Positions 25,874 through 32,000 of a DNA stretch of 32,000 nucleotides are shown piece by piece. Each line of letters starts with the position of its first letter. The stretch's first letter is position 1. Under the pieces are notes generated by a model, which saw only the letters and a list, made by a program, of their open reading frames with translations, did not search any database and was not told the origin of the DNA. Source of the DNA: Candidatus Saccharimonadota bacterium (GTDB lineage Archaea; Micrarchaeota; Micrarchaeia; Micrarchaeales; Micrarchaeaceae); the NCBI GenBank assembly GCA_963698035.1, contig OY969114.1:300001-332000 (forward strand), written 5' to 3'. A program made the position numbers and the translations under genes.

Positions 25874-26680
25874 ATGGCTGACTGGCTCAAGCCCTATAGC
25901 TCTTTGCTAAGCATAAACTTCAAGCAGACGTTTGTATACCGAATGGACATGGCGCTCAGCACAGTCCTAACTTTGGTTTCGTCTCTTGTTTTCATACTCG
26001 TCTGGAGCGCGGTATACTATTTCTCAAATAGTAGTAAGATTAACGGCGTGCCATTAATAACGACAATAGCATACTTCCTGGTAATTGGCGGAGTATCCCT
26101 AGTGACGGGGTGGTCAGGCTTTGTGAACAGCATGCAATCAGATATTCAGTATGGTGGTATCGCCGGGGCCCTGATAAGGCCGATGAGCTATGTCAGTCAA
26201 TTGATTTTCGGGTCAGCACCCGACGTAATAATAATGTTTCTGCTTGGAACCATTCCGATAGTCGCTTTGGTACTACTGGTAGGTAATTTTGTCCCAAGCA
26301 TCGTAACGATCCTGCTCTTTCTTGCGGCCCTTGTTATAGGACTAATTGTGATAAACCTGATTGGATTCATTTTTGGCGGATTGTCCGCATACCTGACCAA
26401 CGTATGGGGGGTGTACAATGCAGTAGGATGGATATTCGGGATAGCCGGAGGTGAAATAGCCCCTCTTGTATTCTTTCCCGCGGCAATTACAAATGCGCTT
26501 TTGCTTACTCCGATACCCATAACGGCGTATGTGCCAGCCGCTACGATACTTGGCATGATACCCTCCAGTGTCGCCATTCAAAGCATACTTGTTGGGCTTG
26601 TTTGGATAGTTGTACTCGTGCTGATAGCTAGGTTCGAATGGGCGAAGGTCAGCAAGAGGCTGAACGCTGTGGGGGTCTAA
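25874..26680 (+). CDS. ABC-2-type permease (COG4587/DUF990-like)
   Basis: This 268-aa polytopic membrane protein starts 5 nt after the ATPase stop and has a GGGAG SD. Confidence 0.7.
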   Translation: MADWLKPYSSLLSINFKQTFVYRMDMALSTVLTLVSSLVFILVWSAVYYFSNSSKINGVPLITTIAYFLVIGGVSLVTGWSGFVNSMQSDIQYGGIAGALIRPMSYVSQLIFGSAPDVIIMFLLGTIPIVALVLLVGNFVPSIVTILLFLAALVIGLIVINLIGFIFGGLSAYLTNVWGVYNAVGWIFGIAGGEIAPLVFFPAAITNALLLTPIPITAYVPAATILGMIPSSVAIQSILVGLVWIVVLVLIARFEWAKVSKRLNAVGV

Positions 26681-27472
26681 ATGTTCGAAGATATAATCAA
26701 GAATTGGAGATTCTTCTTAGCGTCTATGAAATACAACTTGCTTTCCTTCCTGGTGTACAGGACTCAGGCGCTTGTATGGATTGTAGTGAGTGTATTCTCA
26801 ACGATAAGCGGTTTCATAAGCGTAAGCGTGATATATCAAGTTTCGAGCGGGATACCAGGTTGGAGTTACGCACAGATGCTTGCGCTGGTAGCGCTGGCGA
26901 ATATTGTTTTTGGTTTCATAAACTTTATGATAAATCCGCAGAACCTTGTAAGGTCGCTTAGGAATGGTGGCTTCGACCAGGCACTCACAAAACCGTACAA
27001 CCCGATGGTATCAATTTTTTCACGTTACGGATCTCCTCTATCTATCGGAACCATAATCAGCGGCATTGCATTGCTCGCCTATGCGCTTAGCAACACTACC
27101 GTAAATGCGCTATCGGTTTCTTCCTCGATGGTGCTCTTCAGCTTCGGATCGGCAGCATTAGTGATGTTTCTACTGTTCATAACTCTGGTCTCTTACGTCC
27201 TTTTCAAGAGCGGCAATTACCTGCAATGGGTGACGAGCATAGCGAAGACCGCGTCACAGTATCCCCTGGCAGTATACGGCCTTGCAGGAACGTTGCTGCT
27301 TACGGTAGCGCTCCCTGTAGGCTTGGCTTCGTTCTATCCAGCCGCGCTGATGTTCTCCAAAATAGATTACCTTTCCTTTGCGACCGTATTGGCGCTTTCC
27401 ATAGCGATGTTTGTTATCTTCTACAAGCTCAGCAAGTGGCTGCTGAAGTTCTATACGAGCGGCGGAGGCTGA
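26681..27472 (+). CDS. ABC-2-type permease (COG3694/DUF990-like), second membrane subunit
   Basis: This 263-aa polytopic membrane protein has its ATG directly abutting the previous stop (TAAATG). Confidence 0.7.
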   Translation: MFEDIIKNWRFFLASMKYNLLSFLVYRTQALVWIVVSVFSTISGFISVSVIYQVSSGIPGWSYAQMLALVALANIVFGFINFMINPQNLVRSLRNGGFDQALTKPYNPMVSIFSRYGSPLSIGTIISGIALLAYALSNTTVNALSVSSSMVLFSFGSAALVMFLLFITLVSYVLFKSGNYLQWVTSIAKTASQYPLAVYGLAGTLLLTVALPVGLASFYPAALMFSKIDYLSFATVLALSIAMFVIFYKLSKWLLKFYTSGGG

Positions 27473-27484
27473 CCAAGAATAAGC

Positions 27485-27492
27485 TTTATAAA
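27485..27492 (+). promoter_or_regulatory. BRE/TATA-like promoter element of the L1-L10-L12 operon
   Basis: AAGCTTTATAAACC lies about 67 nt upstream of the rpl1 ATG. The leader contains a small hairpin (27534-27547) and a GGAGGG SD (27547-27552). Confidence 0.4.
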
Positions 27493-27558
27493 CCTATTTT
27501 ACCTATCTAATAACGTCTGTTTTTCCCGCGATACTGCAGCTTTGCAGGAGGGATTCAC

Positions 27559-28188
27559 ATGGAAAAAGATCAGCTAGAAAAGCTAACGGCATTTATAGAC
27601 GCCAATAGAGGTAAACGCAAGTTCAGCCAGACGGTTGACCTCACTGTAAACTTCTCCGGCATCGACTTCTCGAAGCAGGACAACCGGCTCAATCTTGAGG
27701 TGCAGCTGCCCAACGGCCGCGGTAGGGTAAGCAAGGTGCTGGTGTTCTCCGATGACCCTAAGACAAATGCTGGTGCGGAGAAGCTAGGCGCTAAGATAAT
27801 ACCTGGCGGGGAGATCCCCACCATAGTAAATGATAAGGCGAGGATGGCCGAGCTCCTTGAATACGAGCTTGTGGCGCAGCCGGCGCTGATGCCGCAGATC
27901 GCGAAGCAGCTCGGGCAGTTCCTTGGGCCAAGAAACAAGATGCCGAAGCCGCTCATAGGGGACGTTTCAACAATAATAGGCAACATAGGCAAGTCGATAT
28001 TCATAAGGAGCAAGGGCAAGTACCTGCCTACCGTGCACTGCGTCGTAGGCACCGAGAAGATGGGAGCCCCGGAAATAGCGGCAAACATAGATGAGGTGCT
28101 CAACTCCGTTGCCAAGAAGGTCGGCAGGCAGAACATCAAGTCGGTTTACGTTAAATTAACCATGAGCGAGCCGCTCAAGCTGGTGTAG
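27559..28188 (+). CDS. rpl1: 50S ribosomal protein L1
   Basis: KRKFSQTVDLTVNFSGIDFSKQDNRL... with GPRNKMPKP, in the conserved L1-L10-L12 gene order. Confidence 0.92.
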   Translation: MEKDQLEKLTAFIDANRGKRKFSQTVDLTVNFSGIDFSKQDNRLNLEVQLPNGRGRVSKVLVFSDDPKTNAGAEKLGAKIIPGGEIPTIVNDKARMAELLEYELVAQPALMPQIAKQLGQFLGPRNKMPKPLIGDVSTIIGNIGKSIFIRSKGKYLPTVHCVVGTEKMGAPEIAANIDEVLNSVAKKVGRQNIKSVYVKLTMSEPLKLV

Positions 28189-28196
28189 GTGCTGTT

Positions 28197-29039
28197 ATGC
28201 TGAACAAGGACCAGAAGGTAAAATTCGTAAAAGAGGGGAGCAGGGAGCTCTCGAAGTACAAGGTAGTAGGAATAATCAACCTTGGTGGCATACCCGACAG
28301 GCTGCTGCAGAAGTCGAGGAACATGATGAAGGGCGACGTGAAGGTGATACTCGGCAGGAAGAGCCTGCTTGTCAAGATACTCGACAGCGGCAAGGACACC
28401 AAGCAGCTCATCCCGAAAATGAGCGGAACCACCGCGATAGTGATGAGCAACTCGGACCCGTTCGAGCTCTTCAGGGCGTTCAGGTCCAACGCAATAAAGC
28501 TTGCCGCAAAACCGAGGCAGATAGCGCCCGCTGACATAACGGTAAGCGGCGGTGAGACGACGCTGCAGCCAGGCGCAGCCGTGGCAGAACTTAAGCAGGC
28601 AGGTATAGATGTGCAGATACAGAAGGGCAAGGTTGTGATCGCAAAGGACAAGGTAATCGTCAAGAAGGGCGAGCTGATAAGCACGACCGTGGCAAAGGTG
28701 CTCAGCACGCTCGGAAACATGCCATTCAGGGCGTCGATAGAGCCTTATGCCCTTATCGCCAACGGAATTGTATTCACGAGGGACCTCCTGGACATAGACG
28801 AGGGCAGGACAAGGCTCAATATATCGAATGCATTCATGAACGCTTATGTACTGTGTATAGAGAGAGGGATAATAAACCAGTACACAGTAAACACTCTGAT
28901 AATAAAGGCTTACATGCAGGCCATGGCGCTCGGAATAGAGGTCAAGGTTTACGAGCCTGGGATAGTAGAGGTCCTGCTCAGTAACGCATCCGCACAGGCT
29001 GCGGCGCTGAACGGGCTTCGGCAGCAAACTACAACATGA
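28197..29039 (+). CDS. rpl10: 50S ribosomal protein L10 (acidic ribosomal protein P0 homologue)
   Basis: It lies between L1 and L12, with an N-terminal L10 domain (KYKVVGIINLGGIPDRLLQKSR) and an archaeal P0 extension. Confidence 0.88.
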   Translation: MLNKDQKVKFVKEGSRELSKYKVVGIINLGGIPDRLLQKSRNMMKGDVKVILGRKSLLVKILDSGKDTKQLIPKMSGTTAIVMSNSDPFELFRAFRSNAIKLAAKPRQIAPADITVSGGETTLQPGAAVAELKQAGIDVQIQKGKVVIAKDKVIVKKGELISTTVAKVLSTLGNMPFRASIEPYALIANGIVFTRDLLDIDEGRTRLNISNAFMNAYVLCIERGIINQYTVNTLIIKAYMQAMALGIEVKVYEPGIVEVLLSNASAQAAALNGLRQQTTT

Positions 29040-29057
29040 CGCTAAAAGGTGAAATAT

Positions 29058-29369
29058 ATGGAATATGTGTACGCAGCACTGCTTCTTGACGCAGCAGGCA
29101 AGGAGGTAACGGAACTGGGCCTTACAGAGGTTATAAAGGCAGCTGGACTCACGCCTGACGAGGCGAGGGCAAAGGCCATGGTCGCGTCCCTGAAGGGAGT
29201 AAACATAAAGGATGTGATCAAAAACGCGCAGGCCATGCAGGTGCAGTCGGCAGCCCCGGCAGCGCCAGTGGCGGGAGCGGGCCAGAAAGCCGAGCCAAAG
29301 AAGGAGGCCGAAGGCGAGAAGAAGAGCGAAGAGGAAGCTGTAAGCGGATTGGCCAGCCTGTTCGGCTGA
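29058..29369 (+). CDS. rpl12: 50S ribosomal protein L12 (P1 stalk protein)
   Basis: [19 protein letters not shown]... is followed by an Ala/Pro hinge and the acidic tail [13 protein letters not shown]. The start is ATG 29058, with AAAAGGTGA upstream; the track starts at GTG 29049. Confidence 0.9.
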   Translation: MEYVYAALLLDAAGKEVTELGLTEVIKAAGLTPDEARAKAMVASLKGVNIKDVIKNAQAMQVQSAAPAAPVAGAGQKAEPKKEAEGEKKSEEEAVSGLASLFG

Positions 29370-29488
29370 CCGGTCTAGAACAGCGACCATGGCAGCGAAT
29401 GCAGCTTACGGAATGCAAAGTGCGTAGCTTGAAGAAAGCAATAAATACATAAAGTGCAACAAAATCTGCAATTCGGATAGATGATATT

Positions 29489-29845
29489 ATGGATGTTTGG
29501 GTAGAAAAGCGTAAGTGCACAGGTTGCGCGCACTGCTTCGATGTGTGTCCCGTTGCGGTATTTGAGATGAAGGACAGAAATTCGCCGGACGTGAACAACG
29601 ACCATGCGCCGGAGGCTGACAAGTGGAAAGGGACGACCGATCAGGTGATGCTCGACAAGTGGAAGAACGTCAACGACGGTCACAAGCACTTCGCAGAGAA
29701 GAACGAGGGCGGAAGCGGAGGCCTTTCGGTGGGAGTCAGTGGCTCTGCATGCATACTCTGCCAGGCATGCCTGATAGAGTGCGAAGGCGAATGCATAGTG
29801 ATAGTGGATGACGCAGGAACCAAATACCGCTCGATATACAAGTGA
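29489..29845 (+). CDS. 2x[4Fe-4S] ferredoxin-like protein with a long inter-cluster insertion
   Basis: The cluster motifs are CTGCAHCFDVCP and CILCQACLIECEGEC, separated by about 65 residues of polar sequence. Confidence 0.7.
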   Translation: MDVWVEKRKCTGCAHCFDVCPVAVFEMKDRNSPDVNNDHAPEADKWKGTTDQVMLDKWKNVNDGHKHFAEKNEGGSGGLSVGVSGSACILCQACLIECEGECIVIVDDAGTKYRSIYK

Positions 29846-29863
29846 TGCGTAAGTCCAGTATTC

Positions 29864-31225
29864 GTGAAAAAGCAGCCCGAATATAAACTCCTTTTCAAAA
29901 ATATTAGTAGGGGCGATGCAGTGATAGAGCAGCTCAAGCAACCTTTCTCGGAAGAGGAGAGCCTATCGGTTCTCGATCCCTACGTGAAGAGGTGGTTCCT
30001 TGAGAACTTCGCGGAACTTACCCCACCACAGAGGTACACCTTCAAGCTGATACACGACAAGAAGAACGTACTAATCGCCGCGCCAACGGGCAGCGGCAAG
30101 ACGATGTCCGGATTCATCTCCATAATAAGCAGACTCTTCGATCTCGCCCTCAAAGGAAAGCTTGAGGGGAGAATATATTGCGTCTACGTTTCTCCGCTTA
30201 GGGCGCTGAACAATGACATATACAAGAACCTGACCAGGCCGCTCGACGAGATATACGACATCATAGTGAAGGAGAAAGGCGTCGACATAATAAAGACCAA
30301 TATAAAGAAGGTGACGATCGGGATAAGGACGGGTGATACTTCGCAGAAGGAGAGAAGGCAACAGCTCGAAAACCCGCCCAACATACTCGTAACGACTCCC
30401 GAGAGCCTTGCGATACTGCTCAATTCAGAAAAGTTCGTGCTGAACTTGAAGGGGCTCGAGTACGTGATAATAGACGAGCTGCATGAGCTCGCGAACAACA
30501 AACGGGGAGCGCACCTCTCCATCTCGCTTGAGAGGCTGCGCGATATTTCGGAGAGCAATTTCGTCAGGGTCGGCCTTGGCGCGACACTTCATCCTTTGGA
30601 GGAGGCTGCAAAGTTCCTCGTTGGGTGCGAGGGCGGTGCCTCGAGAGATTGCGCGATAGTGGATGCATCATGGAGCAAGAAGCTTGAGATTGTGGTGATG
30701 AGCCCCGTAAAGGACCTTGTTTACACGAAAAATGACATAATAGAGGATGCAACCTACGAAGAGCTCAACAGCATAATAAAACGCAGCAAGACCACCTTGA
30801 TATTCACTAATACAAGAAGCGGCACTGAGAGGGTCGTCTTCAACCTGAAGAAGCGGTTCAAGTATGGCGAAGATATAGCCGCCCACCACGGCTCGCTTTC
30901 CAGGGAGTCCAGGCTGGAGGTGGAGGAGCTTCTAAAGAAGGGCTCCCTGAGGTGCGCGGTCTCGTCTACGAGCCTTGAGCTCGGCATTGACATAGGGTCC
31001 GTAGACAACGTTGTGCAGATGGGATCGCCGAAGAGCGTCACGCGCGCAGTTCAGCGGTTCGGGCGTGCGGGGCACAGCTACAAGGCGGTGGCGAAGGGCG
31101 AGGCGATAGTACTGAACCGGGATGACCTTGTAGAATGCACTGTGATGCTTGACGCTGCGCTCAAGAGGCATCTCGATTCGTTTTCCGTGCCGAAGAACGC
31201 CTTGACGTGCTGTCGCAGCACATAG
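29864..31225 (+). CDS. lhr: Lhr-type superfamily 2 (DExH) helicase, N-terminal fragment, terminated by a frameshift
   Basis: It has motif I AAPTGSGKT, motif II IIDELHEL, motif III and motif VI (QRFGRAGH). The reading ends ...SVPKNAL-TCCRST*, while the conserved continuation DVLSQHIVGM lies in the -1 frame. Confidence 0.85.
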   Translation: MKKQPEYKLLFKNISRGDAVIEQLKQPFSEEESLSVLDPYVKRWFLENFAELTPPQRYTFKLIHDKKNVLIAAPTGSGKTMSGFISIISRLFDLALKGKLEGRIYCVYVSPLRALNNDIYKNLTRPLDEIYDIIVKEKGVDIIKTNIKKVTIGIRTGDTSQKERRQQLENPPNILVTTPESLAILLNSEKFVLNLKGLEYVIIDELHELANNKRGAHLSISLERLRDISESNFVRVGLGATLHPLEEAAKFLVGCEGGASRDCAIVDASWSKKLEIVVMSPVKDLVYTKNDIIEDATYEELNSIIKRSKTTLIFTNTRSGTERVVFNLKKRFKYGEDIAAHHGSLSRESRLEVEELLKKGSLRCAVSSTSLELGIDIGSVDNVVQMGSPKSVTRAVQRFGRAGHSYKAVAKGEAIVLNRDDLVECTVMLDAALKRHLDSFSVPKNALTCCRST

Positions 31226-32000
31226 TTGGCATGTCACTCACCAAGAAGTGGACGGTGGACGAAGCATTCGAGCTGGTCAGGAGGGCATATCCTTACAATA
31301 GCCTTGACAGGAAGGACTTCGTCTACCTTCTCAACTACCTTGCGGGTACCTATGTGGGCCTCGAAAGCCGCAGGGTCTACGGCAAGATATGGTACGACGA
31401 GAAAGAGGGGACCTTCAGCAGGAGGGGCAGATTTACCAAGGTCATCTACATGCTTAATCTGGGGACGATACCGGACGAGGTTGCGATCAACGTCTTAACC
31501 ACCTCAAAGAAGTGGATCGGCAACATAGAGGAGGAGTTCCTCTCGAGGCTCAAGCAGGGAGATATCTTTACTTTGGGAGGGAGGCTCTACAAGTTCGAAT
31601 ATTCGAGAGGGATAAAGTGCTATGTCACTGAGGCGAGCGCTAGCTCACCCACCATTCCGCCGTGGTTCTCGGAGCAGTTGCCGCTCAGCTACGAGCTCGC
31701 CATCGAGATAGGCAGGTTTAGGGGTGTGTTTGCAAAGCTGGTGCAGGGTTGCATAGCAAAATCAAAGGTAAAATCTTTAATAAGGAAGGGCGCGCTTCCT
31801 AAGGAGGCGGACGAGTTTCTAAGCGCTCTGCCGATAGATGCAAATGCGAAGAGTGCGATCTTCGGCTACTTCGTAGAGCAGCTGCTCTTCGCGAAGGAGG
31901 TGCCGAACGACAAGCTCCTGCTCATAGAATCCTCAATGGAGGCGGATTCCGAGAAGAGGCTCCTCATATTCCATTCGCTGTTCGGCCGCAGGGTCAACGA
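31153..32000 (+). CDS. lhr: Lhr-type helicase, continuation (3' end lies outside the window)
   Basis: The frame is open from 31153 to the window end. It reads DVLSQHIVGMSLTKKWTVDEAFELVRRAYPYNSL...GTIPDE...GDIFTLGGRLYKF...PTIPPWFSEQLPLS, the typical Lhr winged-helix/domain-4 region. The first ATG in this frame is at 31231. Confidence 0.8.

Noticed and set aside
24880-27472. The ABC operon as a horizontally acquired low-GC island.
   Set aside because: Spot GC counts were inconsistent: about 57% in the ATPase and 42-47% in the permeases. That is the normal contrast between soluble and membrane proteins. There is no integrase, repeat or tRNA-fragment duplication. Only the synteny observation is retained as a finding.
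28146-29390. A 414-aa ORF on the minus strand, the longest unexplained ORF in the track.
   Set aside because: It lies exactly antisense to rpl10 and rpl12, whose identities are unambiguous. Its product is Leu/Tyr/Cys/His/Arg-rich with no motifs, which is typical of an antisense shadow caused by codon bias.
1-32000. CRISPR arrays, transposases or IS elements, integrases, toxin-antitoxin pairs, recognisable defence systems, rRNA genes, and inteins in polB or nrdJ.
   Set aside because: I saw no regularly spaced direct repeats and no DDE, tyrosine or serine recombinase motifs. polB (810 aa) and nrdJ (761 aa) have contiguous catalytic motifs without intein-sized insertions.

Overview
This is a gene-dense archaeal chromosomal segment of about 36 genes, roughly 45-60% GC by spot counts. 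Information-processing genes dominate: Kae1/Bud32, an eS26-like protein, GlyRS, PheRS alpha and beta, a Nop5-like protein, family-B DNA polymerase, MetAP, class II (B12) ribonucleotide reductase, RNase HII, the L1-L10(P0)-L12(P1) operon and an Lhr-type helicase. Also present are an HhH-GPD DNA glycosylase, a translin-like protein, an M16 peptidase, a three-gene uncharacterised ABC exporter, a ferredoxin, small HTH/wHTH/PRC-barrel proteins and several hypothetical proteins. Genes are packed into short operons with frequent 1-7 nt overlaps and many TTG/GTG starts. I saw no rRNA, CRISPR array, transposase, integrase or recognisable defence genes, and I did not find a convincing novel multi-gene system. 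Four things stand out. (1) A Tes/GDGT-MAS-like radical SAM gene (9242-11208) is readable only by hopping reading frame about 7 times within 1 kb. (2) A tRNA-Arg(UCG) carries a 31-nt non-canonical intron in the T-loop (59/60), flanked by a textbook bulge-helix-bulge motif and hidden under the 5' end of an over-extended ORF. (3) The DNA glycosylase has its last 35 codons displaced by a poly-A (A7) frameshift, and these end in an ATGA overlap with the translin start. (4) The Lhr helicase is split by a 1-nt frameshift. Family assignments come from motif recognition by eye, without database searches.
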